A DNA stretch of 64,000 bases from NCBI GenBank assembly GCA_003344405.1, contig NOWV01000010.1, forward strand, positions 558,001-622,000. Direction: 5' to 3'. Made by a program: the position numbers and the translations under genes. This DNA is from Trichoplax sp. H2 (taxonomy: Eukaryota). A model generated the notes under the pieces. The model did not search any database, was not told where the DNA came from, and worked only from the letters and a program-made list of their open reading frames with translations. How positions within the stretch are numbered: position 1 is the stretch's first letter; every line of letters begins with the position of its first letter. Positions 41,076 through 55,758 of the stretch are shown here, in pieces.

Positions 41076-43618
41076 AGGAAGCTTTTATGAAATGTACTGC
41101 GAAAAGCATGATATTCTAATTCTGTGTCATATTGCAAGGGAACTTTAGCTGAAATATCAATTAGATATAGTCCTTGCTTGACATAGAAGTACCAATATTC
41201 ATACAATTATTTTTATGAATAGTTCTAAAAAGGTTCCGTTTATAAAGTATTCAATTCTTAGTTATACTTCAACGATGTTAATTAATTTTTAAGTGAAAGA
41301 AATGACATCAAATACGTATACTTATCTCAGAAATCTTGTACAGTTAATGATACCTTTCATTCTATAACACCTATTGCTTAATCTAGTAGTAACACCTTTA
41401 TCGATAACATCACCTGTTAGTCATCGTCTACAGAAAATACTCATCATTAACTTTCAGTTAGATGTTCATATCTCGAAAATTTCCAAACAGCTTGTATTAA
41501 TGGCGCGTCTGTGCTTTATGCAATTTATAAATGAACAGATTCAATAGAATAAAACTGCCTGACTTACTATATTACGTACATGACAATATACATCCTATTT
41601 TTTCCTTGTTAGGTATCATTATCAAATGCATAACCCTTATTGTTACACGCGTTACTTCTTTAACTAACAGATGACAGTCAATCATAGCAATTTTTCATTA
41701 TAGTTGCTATTCTTTTTCGCGAAGAGTATTACCGAAATGATGAAATAATGCTTATTACTAAGATTTCATTCGTGTAATACTGCTTCCTTAGGCAACAAGC
41801 AAAGTCTATGCACTGTAAGTTATAATTTCATGTATGCAACATGTATTCGTATAAATGCTAGATTAAACTTATTACCTATATTAAATTATCCAATATTTTT
41901 GGATTAACTACTTATATTAACTATCCTACCTGGCAAATAATATGAAATCGCTGGAGCTATTACGTGCCCTGTAAAAAAGGGTTATAAAACTTATAAAAGA
42001 TAGTATATTCATTTACTGCAATGACATGCCTATACATATAAGTTAAAATTAATTATCGATTATGCTGTTACAGCACATTAAAAGAAATGCCAATTTTCGT
42101 TTAAAATCAATGCCCTACGCCAGTTATTTGCTACAAAAACAGAAAATAGCATGACATATACCGCAATGTTATAAGATTCAGCCAGCACTAGAGTTCTCTA
42201 TTAATTCCTTATAACTAGTTATATTAGTACCGTACCAGCAAATGAAAAGATTAATTGAATGCATGAACGCTTAATTGGGATAAGCCATTATGTTATAGCT
42301 GACAAACATCGGATCATCAGAATCTTACAGATTGGATAAATACTGTAAATTTTTCAGTTATTTGTCTTATCTATAATCACCGTTAAATCCAGCTAATTAC
42401 AATAAATTTTAGGCACTCTATACTGATTGATATATCAAGATTATAAATTAAATTCTTTCAGTTAGTTGCATGCAGTATCTAGTCTATTAAGCACTAGCTA
42501 GCGGCAACCATTGCATTAGACCATGTTATAAAAGTGAATATTCAGACAATATGCCCACTCAATAGGTAAATTTCTTATCAAGACTTCAAATGAAAATTTT
42601 TTAATAACAACGATAAAATTCTTGTTATCAACCATAAAAAGAATAACCAAACAGATAATTTACTAACACGCTCGCTTATGTATCTAAGCCAGTAGATGTA
42701 CCTACTTAATTGAAGTGTAAGATATTACTATACCATATCGTTATATTACTGTGAATTATATCTCAAGAATGGCAAGTACACTAAAATCGAAGTATATAAT
42801 CAATATTTAATGGGAATTAAATAAGCACTTTCCGTTATAAATTATTACTTATGTATCATTTACAGTCATTTTGCTATTAAAATTTTCAGCTTACGTGTAC
42901 AGTAGAAAAATTTTCAACGGTAAAACTTATTCAATTTTATCAGCTCGAAGTGAAACCGTTATTATATTGCAAACATATCGAATTGCTATCTCAAACCTAG
43001 TCTTATAACTAGAGAAAAATACAAAAAGTTAAAAGTAGAATTGTAGAAAATAATTCTAATACCGATTTCTCAAAGGCAAACAGTTGATCAATAGACTCAC
43101 TTTTTAGACTAATACGTTGTAAATCTTATTTTTAGTAACGATACAATATTATAGGCACTGTTATTAGTGCTTTCTATTACTCAGTTAGTATTATAATTAT
43201 AATAAATTAATAATATTATTAAACATGAATACATTTAATTTACGAAATCCTAGAGTTGCCAAAATCAGGTCATAAATCCTATAAATCAGATGAGATCAAA
43301 GAATTAAGCAAGCATTTAAATCTGTAACTATAGATTATTGTTAGTTGCATGACGCGAAGCATCTGCTCTTTCTCGTTCCTGTTTCTGCTCAGTATTTCGG
43401 TAAAATCGATGCATACAATATCATAATGGCTGATTTTTGAAGCATGTACTAGTAATGTAGTCATAACAGACTATCATTTACTGAATCGTATACGTTAACG
43501 ATCAAGTCTAAGATTACATTCTTCAAGGAAATGACATCTATAGCACAAAAAAATTATGACAGTAAGATGGTTATTCATGTTCTGCTACGTGTATTTTAAA
43601 AGATAAAGCAAGTTAGAC

Positions 43619-46600
43619 CTATACAATAGTTTCTGGAACTTTCTGATCTTTGTTATTGATTTCAGCATGACCATCTGTAGTAGTATCATGTTCAAGTTGT
43701 TCCATAAGTTTAAACCGTATTTGATCGACATCATTATCATGATCAGTTATTTCTGCATTACCCTCATCCAATTCCGATATCGGACTAGTTTCTTCTTCTA
43801 ATTGATATATTTGAGCACCAGCAGATTTATCTTCGTACGAATCATATCCATTATTCTTATTAAGTGTATAAAAGGATTTATCATCGCCATTAAATGTTTC
43901 TTCATCAGAAGAGTCAGAAAACTGTTCACTCTCTTTCCTTTCCGGATCTTTCCTTTTAAACCAGAATGGCGTGGAGAAAAATTTCATTTCTTTTTTACGC
44001 TGTGTATATATCTCATTGAAGTTATTAAATATAATTGGTATTGGCAATGCCACTATTAAAACACCAGTAATACAACATAGGATGCCGATAATTTGTCCAG
44101 GTATCGTGGTAGGATGCGTGTCGCCATAGCCAACAGTGGTCATGGTTATATATCCCCACCAAAAAGTTCCCGGAATACTTTTAAATTGAGTACCATTAAC
44201 ATCCCTCTCGGCATAGTAAACAAATCCAGAGAATATGGTAACGCCAATAGTTAGAAATAAATTTAATAAAAATAATTCACGCCAACTTTTTTTCAAAGTC
44301 AATCCTAGAATCTGTAAACCTGATGAATGACGTGCCAATTTTAACACTCGTAAAACTCGTAGCATACGTATTAATAATAATGATTTAGCAATACCCTCGA
44401 TACCCTTAAAGTCCTCAGTACTATTAACATCAGTCTGCCTTCGTTCTATATTAATAGCGATTAAGTTAATATAAAATGGCAATATTGCTATTAAATCGAT
44501 TATATTTAACAGTCCTTTTAAAAATTGCCATTTATTCGGTGAGGATAAAAATCGAACAACATATTCGAATGTAAACCATACGATGCAAATCACTTCAATG
44601 ACTTCAATCGCTGAATTGTTCATGAAGTCGCTAATGGTGCTGATGCACATGACCACGGTAGAAAGAATGATAAAAGTAACGGAAACAATTGCCATAATCT
44701 ATAAATCAGAAAAGAAATAAGCGATTGAGAATTACTCATTCAATCTGGATGTTAGTTATTTTAACGAATGATTACAATTCAACTCGATCTCAATATAGTT
44801 CTCTAGCATCATATAGTTTGCTAGCACACATAAAGATGAGAGGGAAAGCATAGAATAATAAGTTTGAGTACATTTCATTTTGAAAATTTTACTCGCATAG
44901 AATTAAACTTATGGATAGTGTGTAGAAACAGACTGCACATTGATGTAAGCTAATAGAGTCATGGCAATTTAAAAATCTACGTATCCTTTTTGCAGCTTTG
45001 TACTCACGTAAACTTGAATTTGTAGATACATAAAACTGTTCACCACTCTCTACTAATGATTTAGAATTAGTTTTCAGATAGATTACTGCAGCATACCGTG
45101 ATACAAGTCAATTTAATATAATAACATATAAATTTACTCGAAATTTACACCACCATGTCGGACAGCACGTAGAATTAAGTATTGTCGACATAAGCTAATT
45201 CAATATTGGAATAGACTAAAAAAATAACTATATCCTGATTTTGTAACTAATTCGATCAGGAAGATTAGATAAGGTAACAATAATTAATTGATTCTATTCA
45301 CTTTTTGCAAAAAAAATATTAATGTTTTTAAAAATCATAATTATATCATAGTAACACGCGATTAAAGAAAATAATAAAAAAATAATTCATCATAACATTA
45401 ATATATCTTTGTGATATACAAATTATTCACTGAGCAGTTATAAGATAAGTTTACTTAGTCAATTTTATTGACATCAAAGTATTGAAACTATAATCTATTA
45501 CTAGAAAGGCAAAAAATGGAGCACAGAAGATCGTAGCGTAAATGTTAAAAAATTACTTGAAATAACAATACCCGCATACACTAATACTGCTTTAAAGTTT
45601 AGGCTGTAACTTTTTACGTTTTACTACATTTTGTCATTGCGTATTAACAAGCTCTGTCCATTAAGCTAAGGAAATTACTCCAACTGATGCGTATCAGAAG
45701 CAACAGTCAAATAACTATCACATCCGATATCTAATATTGAAACACCTTAGCGATATTGTTGACAACGAAATTTAAGACTATCGTCTGAATAGCTAATTGT
45801 GGACAGAAGATATTTATTGTCAATTGCACATTTGTGCAGTAGTTAATGTCACATATGCAATTAGATAATATCGACAATTCTGCAAATGATAAAAATTTAT
45901 ATATCAATTTTAATAGCTGCAATGCAAAGTCAAATTATTGACGATTCTATAAGAATAACCGTGAAATAGGTGTCTGTTATGGTAGTTTTAAATTTTATAC
46001 GCAATTTTAAAGTGCCTGAGCGTAATTATTCTAAAAATGTATAGTAAAGTAGAAAAAGTGGCAGTAATTATCTCGTCTTTCTTACTAACACAATTGTCAC
46101 AGTGTTCGAATTTATCAGAATAATGGCAATAAAATACTATTTTGTACTGTACTCCATACAACAAAGTACAGTAGAGCTGCTTCACGTTATACCTTACTGT
46201 CTTCTAGTAAATAGGTCTCACTAATCACGTATTATTATAAAGATCGTCATGGATGAAGCAGCCAAATAAAGAATTATTCATACAATCATAATATGTATGC
46301 TTCAGGTCTCTAGTAGAAGCAAGATATATATTTGCATAGCCTATCTATGATATAAATAATCTATATCGAATTCAATTCAATTTATCGCTACGGTACTCGT
46401 TATTTTCAATTATATCGGATAATCAAGCTTTGGATACTAATCCATGATTAAATAATTTCTTATTAGTATCAGTACAGTATCAAGATATTACAAGTATTAG
46501 TAATTAGTTTTACTTCTAAAATACAAATCACACTAGAAGTATTTGGACTTCGATATCAGTACATCTTCTGAATAATAATGTATAGTGAGTAAGATAAGCA

Positions 46601-48556
46601 ACGCAAGCTTATACAAATTGAATTATAACCGCTTACTTTAATTTTCATACGGAATCTTAATCATTAATAATGACAATATCAACTGTGGGTGCAGAAAAGC
46701 TTTTTAAAATTAATCAGTTTTGGAACGTCTCTATAGTGCTAGTTAAGTGCAAAAAAATAGATCAAATATGGCAAATTGATGGTTTTCTGAAAATACCTCT
46801 TGGACTAGTTGATAGCCAAATGTGTATATTTAATAAATCATATTCGAAGGCTCGTAGCAATTAAATTTAATGGATGTACGTGCAGACTACATACTGAATT
46901 TTTGCGCTATTAACAGCACAAACTACTATGTAGTGTCTGATATGACTTGATAATTACTGGAGGGTCCTGGTTACTAAAAACTTGCCAACTATCATTAAAC
47001 CTTTTACACGTATATCAAAGCTGCAGTAAAACATGATTCAGTGTCTGCTAATAGTTGTGTTAATAAATCAAAGAAGAGAAAATTAATAATTAGGTGAAGT
47101 CACTTGATTTATCGACTTAAATTAAATATTTTGATTTTTTTCAATTTTATGATAAGATTGAAAAAAGTGCAAGAAAACCTTAAAATTATACTTGAAGGTT
47201 GGCACTTTTTATGATCACATAGTATGGTAGAGCTTAAGATAAACTAGTATATTAAAATTGAAGCTAAATCAGGTATAAAAGATGTTTGTATACATCTCTG
47301 TAGTCAAGCATTCAGTCCTTTTTATATAATCAAATTTTACATCCTAGCTAAATTTTTAGGAATATTTACATGCCAGATTGTTAAAAGTATTGTAATGGCC
47401 AGGCTAAATAAAACAAATCCATCACAACTAATCGGTATTATTTTCTTAATGTTCATTTAATTTTGTTTCGATCGTTATAGAAATTGATGAAATTTTATAG
47501 AATGCAGAAAAATCAATAAAGCACCTCTCAGTTTTGACAATAGAGCAAGGGCATCTATTCATTTTTTGAAAATAAGTATTCTATTAAACAAATTACACAA
47601 GTCATGCCATTTATAACTGCATTTTATAGTATTGATGAGTGAATAAAAGATTAGTTTTTTCAAGTAAATATTCAAAAATGAAGATTTTAAAAGTCAAGCT
47701 TGAAATAAGATTTAGTACAGGACAATAAGTTAGAACTTCGCGAGTGATAATAAAATAAAAATATTGGAGGCAATTTCATTGCACTTACTCTTGCCATAGT
47801 TGAGGAATTCGGTTTTTCAAATAGAGTCCATATTTTGTTTTGATATCTTTTAAACCGATTTTTGATCTTATCCTGGCTATGATTACTTTCCGCCTCAACA
47901 TCCTCTTTTACTTCAAATCCTATCGTTAAAGACATTTTTTTCATTTTTTCATTATCCATCATTTCAGTAATCATAATACTTTCTTCTTTTTCTTGCTGAT
48001 AGCGATCACGACAACATGGTTCTAATTCCCATTCATCTATTTTCCAATAATTTAACTCCTCTTCTAATATTGCTGAACATCTTTCAGCTGGTAAATGTAA
48101 TTTTCCTGTCCTATAATAATCGAGTATACAGGAAAATGTATTTGGATTACGATCAAAATAGAACTCTCCTTTGACCAAATCGTAATCATCGCATAATTCG
48201 GCAATTTCATCATGAGATTTCGCTTTCATCAAATAGAATAATCGAGATGATGGAAATTTACGAATTGTTTTTCTTAATACTTCGTGCTCAATGCCACCAA
48301 CGTTAACATGAATACGTCGACGTTTTACTGTACCAGGAAAACTCGCGGTTGTTGTAAAGGGTATGTCTATTTGTCCAATGGGATCACTTTCGATACGAAG
48401 TGGACGTTTATTATATCGTATCATTTTTTTGTTGATATTACTTTTGATTTCATTTCTTAAAATATTACTAGGTAATGAATATTCCAATTTTCGGCTACGA
48501 TTTCGATCTCTTAAGTCATTTTGTTGACTTGAGGTATTAGCACTGCGTGTGTACAT
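43619..48556 (-). CDS. KCNB: Voltage-gated K+ channel, Shab/Kv2 subfamily, ~615 aa, two coding exons
   Basis: Exon 48556-47789 holds the T1 domain (HVNVGG, EFYFDRNP, ELEPCC) and ends SSTMAR|gtaagt. Exon 44698-43619 holds S1-S6, with S4 RMLRVLRVLKLARHSSGLQ, pore TMTTVGYGD and S6 ALPIPIIFNNF. The PIP hinge and single pre-S1 intron fit Kv2. Confidence 0.92.
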
Positions 48557-50953
48557 CTTGAAAGTAGAACTTTTTATTGTCTGGTTGGAGAATCTTTGCT
48601 GTGTAATGCAAAAAAATGAATAATAACTTTTACTATGCGTATATAGAACTCCCTAAATTACAGATCTTTTACCATTCAAATATTGAAGGTAATAAAAGCA
48701 GTATTAAGGAAAAATTTCCTTATTCCATTCAATTCTATTTGTGCAGGAAATATTTAATACTAATTTATAGCATGAGGACATTGTAAGTGACTATCATCAT
48801 TGCAATGGATCGAAGTAAATTGATGCGATGATAGTAATTTGTAAACTGTATTTTTCAAAATCAGTAAAGTGTGCTCTAGAGAAAATTGGCTATACCAGTA
48901 AATTGGATCACGCATCAAAGCTATAAAAGAAATTGTTACACTTCAATAAAAATTTTCATTTCTGCTTCAGTATTTCCTATCGAAGTATAACGGCATCGCG
49001 GAAACTGTCGTCTTGATTTATCTTAATCTATCTACTCCACACCGTGTGAACTAGGGTACAGTACATTAATCAACGAGAAAATGATTAAGGGGATAATTAT
49101 AGCAAACATGAAAATAAGATTTATTATACATTCTGACTTACGATAATTAAAAATCTTCTTCTAGATGTTCAACAACAATTCTCCAGGATAGATATAACTT
49201 CAAAATCGATTAATACCGTATTGCAGAAAGTGATATTTGATACGGGTAGTTATTGTAATCATCGATAGTAATACTTATTAACGGTCACTAATCGACCGTG
49301 CTATTACAAATGGAAAAGTAAGCTAACAACATCATCAACAAGACTGGATGATTTCCAAAAAAGAAAGTCGTTTATAGGATGGAAATAACGGTCTATAAAC
49401 AATGCGTTAAAGAACAGGTGTATTGTCTAGACTGATTACACTACTGTTGCTTTCTACCCGTTACGCAGTAATTTCTTTCTTTTATGATATCAATGGAAAA
49501 TAAAAGCGAAGAATAAGTCTATGACAACGTCAGCAAAAAGCTTTATAGAAGCAGTTGAGTATTGACTAAATCTCTAGATTTCCTATTCATGGTTCTATAG
49601 AGAGAGAGAGCATAGAAGACTACTTGAACAAGGGCCAATTCACTTGGAGTTGTATGTGTGTTTACGTTAGACTTTGATATCTATTAGTTTGTAGAGAAGC
49701 AACCAAGTAACGCATTCCAATAACTATATTAAATATCAAAAAATGATCTAATTTTTGAATCGATCAGCATGAAAATAACTCTGTTGTTAGTTTAGCTACA
49801 TGTATCAATATATTATTTTCCTCATACTCTCCATATCTCTCTTCTCAAGGATAGTCCTTCAGTTAAAGTAGTCAACTTAGCTTTTGTATGTTCGTTCCCT
49901 AAAATGATGATTTAATGTATAGCCAGACTGAAATTGTAAGCATGTAAGTAGCTAGTAAACACGCATATCATTGGTACGCGAGGACATTGAACTCAAGAGC
50001 ACTAGCTGCGCTTATAATCACGATATTCCGATATTCAGTTGATCTCTTTCCTATGATTCTGGATGCTGACCTAGCGTCATCTCAAAATTTTACAAACTGC
50101 CGTTTAGTCTGGCATCAGGCCATTTGCTGGTAAACCAATCTACTAGGTATCAAGTATTCCTTACTCAAATTTGAGCAGTAAAACAATATTACGTGTACAA
50201 GTAGGCTAAAACTTATAATATTATATCGATAGTTGAGCTTTCAGATCATCAGAAGTCACGAATATCCAGAGATTTTAAGCATTTCTCGTTGACCAACGGC
50301 TAAACAATAACATGAGAAACTTTGCTAACTGTAAGCATTTTCAAATTACAAATTGTCATTATAGCATTTTGTGATGTACAGTATTTGTATACATCATTTT
50401 AATTTCAGTTATATCAGGGAGAAATTATATCTGGATCTATCTGGAAATAATCATAATAAATCTAGTACCAGTAAGTCTATATATAGCAAGAAAAATGTTT
50501 GAACAATAACTCCATTATACACGCTCGTATAGTACTGTATGAATATTGTAATCGACAACGGCATCTGTATTCTACCTATTCTCGCATGCTATGATATCGG
50601 TTCGTTTTGAAATATTGTGTCACACATTGACTTGTAATGATTTCCTGTCTGTTGAAAGTAGTTTACTGTGCTGTATTTATAGCCCTACTACATTAAGAAG
50701 AATTCATTCATAATTATAATAATTAATAATCATCATCCTATCTATCTTTTAAAATAGCGAGTGTTGATACTATGGATCGTACTAAAATACAGTACAGGAC
50801 TGCTTGTCGCGGTCCGTAAATTACGAGACTAGACAAGCAAAATACAATTATACGTATTGTAGTGTACAGTAATAGTTCGGTCGGCGAAGGGTAGGACGTT
50901 TTAGCTAGTAATCATAATAATAGCTAGCTATAGCTACTACTCACAGAATTTTA

Positions 50954-51368
50954 TTGTAGTATATAGTATGTAGATCGTTATTGCGAATGTATCCATTTTG
51001 CTGTATCCATTAGCACTAAAACGCTATCCTGTACAGTATTACTGTTGTAGTATATAGTATGTAAATCGTTATGGCGAAGGTATCCATTTTACTGTATCCA
51101 TTAGCACTAAAACGCTATCCTGTACAATAGTATGGTGAATCATATTACTCGTGAATTGTACACTATGGCATAAGAAAACATGCAACTAAAAAGTACGTCA
51201 TAATTGTCAATATCATGGACTACTAGAAGGAGACCTTCCAGTAGTCCATGGTAAATCATATTACTCGTGAATTGTACACTATGGTATAAGAAAACAAGCA
51301 ACTAAAAGTACGTCATAATTGTCAATATCATGAAGTAGAAGGAGACCTTCCAGTAGTCCATGGTAAAT
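50954..51368. repeat. Two adjacent tandem duplications (period 91 bp and ~116 bp)
   Basis: 50954-51035 versus 51045-51126, then 51132-51247 versus 51248-51368. Confidence 0.9.
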
Positions 51369-51419
51369 AGCCGCAAGAAATGGCAATAAAGAAAATCCTC
51401 TACCAGTGTCTTCCACACA

Positions 51420-52360
51420 GCACAGTACTGTACATACTGTACTGTACACTGTACATACAGCACAGTACAGTACAGTACTGTACACTGTACTGTACTGTAC
51501 TGTACAGTATTTCAACTTAGCTCGGGGTACAGTACAAGTACCGTAGGATATTTCTGGAAGTTCATAGTGCAGTACTGTACTGTACTGTACAGTACTGCAC
51601 TGTATGGTTTCGTGGACGTGATAATGTTGCATAACTCCATCACAAATAAAGGAAAGATTGATTTTACTGGAATCGGACAGTGATCGGACAGATTCAATCC
51701 AATCGGACAGTCTACCGTATGGTTTCGATTGACGTGATAATACAGTACTGTATGGCGTCAACTTGTGCAGCTTTTGTTTGTACTGTACACTGTAAATTAC
51801 AGTACAATGTACAGTACTATATGTACAGTACTGTACGTACGTACAGTACACTGATCAGAATGTGACGTACAGTACTGTACTGTACAGTATCACACAGTCT
51901 ACCGTATGGTTTCGATTGACGTGATAATATGGCATCAACTTGTGCAGCTTTTGTTTTGTTTCCACCACAGTACTATACACTGTGTCCACAGTACAATGTA
52001 TAGTGGAATATGTACTGTACGCTGATCAGAGTGACGGATGGGCGGATAGTCTATCGTATGGTTTCGATTGACGTGATAATACAGTATGGCATCAACTTGT
52101 GCAGTAATGTGCAGCTTTTGTTTATACACTGTAAATTACAGTACAATATACAGTACTTTATGTACTGTACACTGGTCAGAATGTGACGTACAGTATTACA
52201 CAGTCTACCGTATGGTTTCGATTGACGTGATAATATGGCATCAACTTAGACCTGGCATCAACTTGTGCAGCTTTTGTTTCCATTACAGTACTGTACCGTA
52301 CAGTGTACAGTACTGTGCTGTACAGTGTACAGTACAGTGTTGTACAGTGTACTGTCACTG
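51420..52360. repeat. TACAG/CTGTA array with an embedded higher-order repeat, between divergent Kv2 and CABLES
   Basis: Pentamer runs separate four copies of AGTCTAYCGTATGGTTTCGATTGACGTGATAATA...TGGCRTCAACTT at about 51709, 51896, 52048 and 52202. Confidence 0.92.
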
Positions 52361-53602
52361 TGGTCGAAGTCTGAGAAATCTGGTGATGAGACACTGACGT
52401 TATCCTCCAGTCCAAAATAATTATTTATTCCCTAGCTGCAAATCCCAAAGCCATCAACTGATCAACTCGTTCAAAGTTATTATTTCAGTCATTCAACATT
52501 ACATCAGCGAGAGCGAACAAGTTTGGAACAATACTTTGGTCGAAATAACGCTATCCATGATAAGACTGCGTCGTCGTATGTTGCCTTATTACAGTGGTGT
52601 AATAATTCATTAATGACAGCAATCATTGAGACGAGAGTTCAGAGCAAAATCAACAGAGGGAAAAATAGGTTACAATTTTACAGCTAATATTGCCCAATTT
52701 TACATTAAACGAAGAAATCAATTGGCAAGCATTCATTTCTATCTTGGTCAATACTTTATACTTGGTATTGAGTAGTTGGACGACAACTTTTTCTTGTATT
52801 TCACAGTCAGAAAAAAGATAACATGATACCAATGATATCAACATTGAAATCCTATCGTATTGTAATTACCTGCCACTATTCGATAGGCAGCATTTTCATC
52901 CATTAATTAATACCATAAAGCGGTCATTTGCTCTTTAATTTCCCAACATTTTTCTTGTGTTAATCATCGTTCTTTACCTGAAAAAAAGATCGACATTTCA
53001 TCTTGGTTCGATTGCAACATTGTTATTGTGCTCACGGTACGAAGTGACGCTGGATCTTATTCAGTAGTCCAATATTATCGTTCAACTACTGATTCGATTT
53101 ATAATCACTCGTTAACCTATCAGCATTGAATTGAATCTATCTTGCAAATCATTTGCACTAACGCAGTCAAATATGCACTTGATCTAATCGGCTATTGCGA
53201 TTCTATTGAACTCAATTCTATATGAAAATGCAGTGATACAATCAAAATTGATGCCTTTCAACTCAGTTGTGTAGTTCAGAAGAAAAAGTAACGTTAACCA
53301 TTCATACTCGTATTCGTACCAGTGAAACAAATTGCACTCTTCCAATTCATCTTTCTTAATTAATCTTGTCCAGCGCATTTTATTTCCACTTTTGCTGCTG
53401 TTAACTGCCATAAATACTAATACTTATTATTTTTCTCAAAGCTTTACCCTTTACTTAAGCAAAACTATCAGAAAACCATTCATTGGCAAATAGCATACTA
53501 CGGTATTGCAATTAACTCGATCTAACCATATTTACAAGCATTGCTGTAAAGGCGAAGCCAACCTACTTTCCGTACCGATAGCTCAGCATTCAACACACTA
53601 TC

Positions 53603-55758
53603 ATGACATCAAGACATCAAGCTGCACTTTCTTTCTTGCACAATATCTCACTGGATGGCACTCGTAATGAATTTGATACACCAATCGTCGATGATGATGA
53701 TAACCAAAACGATCAAGATAATTCTTATGTTGACTCTGTTCAACCGAGTCACGAACTAACTACCAAGATTGAGCAAGTTAATCAACAATCAGACGAAAGA
53801 CAGATAAAACAGACCATGGATCAGAGTAAATTAAAGGACAAGCATCAATTGCGCCTAAGTTATCTAAACCCTATCGCTCTAAGCACTACAAAATGCCTAC
53901 CGTATGCTGTATTCTCTGTCATTCCATATTCTAAAGATAATGCATTGTACGCTATTTCTCATACTCTATTTTTTAGATATCAAAATGTTTGTCTTACACA
54001 CTATAGACTATCTCAATATACTCGTATAGTAGAGGTTATACTGTGCTAAAATGATAGGATGAATGAGTCACTTTGAGTAGCAAATAAATTCCCTTTAAAA
54101 TGAATCCTTTTTAATCAATTTAACAACATCGTCTTTCGGTATTGTGTTTTCGTCAATAGATTAGATACTTCTATAATCAGACATCGACAATCGATTACTA
54201 TGAGACGTTCCTTATCTGATGTTACTCAAAATCTAATTGAACGACCGGTAAGATTTGCATTGGTCATGTCTTTATACTGTGGACTTTGCTAATTTTTGAA
54301 CTACTGTATAAAACGTTCTATAAACTTGTTGAATAATTCTTAACTTGAGCTAAAGTTACCCCTTACTCACAATTAGATTACATGTATTCCATCTAATATT
54401 CTTACATAAACGCAAGAAATATGCACAATATAAACTGGATTTACTGTACATATCTTGACTTCTACAGGCAATTTCGTACAGGCTACTACTTACGCCAAAG
54501 GGTAAACAGCAAACATTTAAATCGTTAGAACTCAATTTATCAGCACGATTTAGTAAGTACTACTTCTTGATCTCATTATCCACATTTTTTAAAGCTATTG
54601 TTAATGCTAATGTAATTAAATCTAACGGTAGTATGAAAACAAATACGGAATGCCGATGTTTATATGTAGTTATTGCAGTAAACCTATATGGTACATGGTA
54701 ATGCTAAACAATTTCTATTAATTATAATATAATCAATTAAAACAGGTAATCAATGGTTTCAAGAAGTGCTGGAAGATTCTAACGGCAACATTCATTATCA
54801 TCCAAATCTTCTTGATGATCCAGAGCTTCGTACCGGAAAGCACAGAGTGACATTGCGATTACCATCTATGATGGTTAGTATATCAACGAAATATTACAAC
54901 CATTATGCACCAGTAATTATTAGTTGTTACCTTAACCATGCAAGATTTGACTATTTGTAAACTATTTTAAATATTAGTTATTAGGTCAAGGTAGTTTTAT
55001 TATTAATTAATAATAATTGAAGTAAATTGCAGTATCTTGACTTATATAACTTTTCTGTACGATGCCTTAACGAGACTTTATTACTATTTCCTTTATGGGT
55101 ACGACAGTTTTCTGTCTTAGAATATTCTAAAGCTTCCGATATCAAAAAAGATCTCAATGAACGATTCAAGGGAAGATTTCCTACTATAGATCTGACTTTA
55201 AGTAAATTGCGTAGTTTAAAAAGAGAGCTATATCATATTGCGGTGGATTTATGTTCATTAGAAGCAATCACTGTGGCATACGCTTACGTTTATTTTGAAA
55301 AACTAATATTGAAGGTGCGTATACCACTTATGAACGTTATATTATATTTGGTAAGTCTTATTCCATCTTCAACACTTTATTTCTTCAAGTACTTGTTAAT
55401 ATAATGAGATATAAAGTTAAAGAGGTATTTATAATATTATTTCTTAAATCGTTTTACACCTCTGCATTATTAATTATATGTAATTATTATTCTGTCAACT
55501 GTGTAGGGAAAAATTAACAAACCCAACAGAAAGTTAATTTCTGGTGCAACGTTATTACTAGCTATTAAAATGACAGCCGACATTAAGCAAACGGAGTTAA
55601 CAGAAGTTATTGATCAATTACAAGATAGCTTACGAATTAATCGTAAAGATTTAATTGTGTATGAATTTGATTGTTTAGTAGCTTTGGAATTTTCTTTGGC
55701 AGTCCCTCAATCTATCATTGCAGTACATTACCAGCGAATAATACATGAAAATTCATAG
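53603..55758 (+). CDS. CABLES: CDK5 and ABL1 enzyme substrate (CABLES) homolog with C-terminal cyclin-like box, 6 coding exons
   Basis: Exons 53603-53946, 54160-54247, 54468-54552, 54746-54873, 55108-55314, 55507-55758. AALSFLHNISLDG, PYAVFSVIPY, YHPNLLDDPELRTGKHR, LTLSKLRSLKREL, AYVYFEKLILKGKINKPNRKL, EFDCLVALEFSL. Confidence 0.94.

Noticed and set aside
44981-44995. GTATCCTTT U12-like donor; also ATATCCTT at 40021 and 6614 and GTATCCTT at 33119
   Set aside because: They are antisense within the Kv2 intron, mid-intron or intergenic, and no exon frame requires them.
51700-52285. CRISPR-like repeat/spacer appearance
   Set aside because: Eukaryotic context with no cas genes. The spacers are over 100 bp, similar to each other and made of microsatellite.
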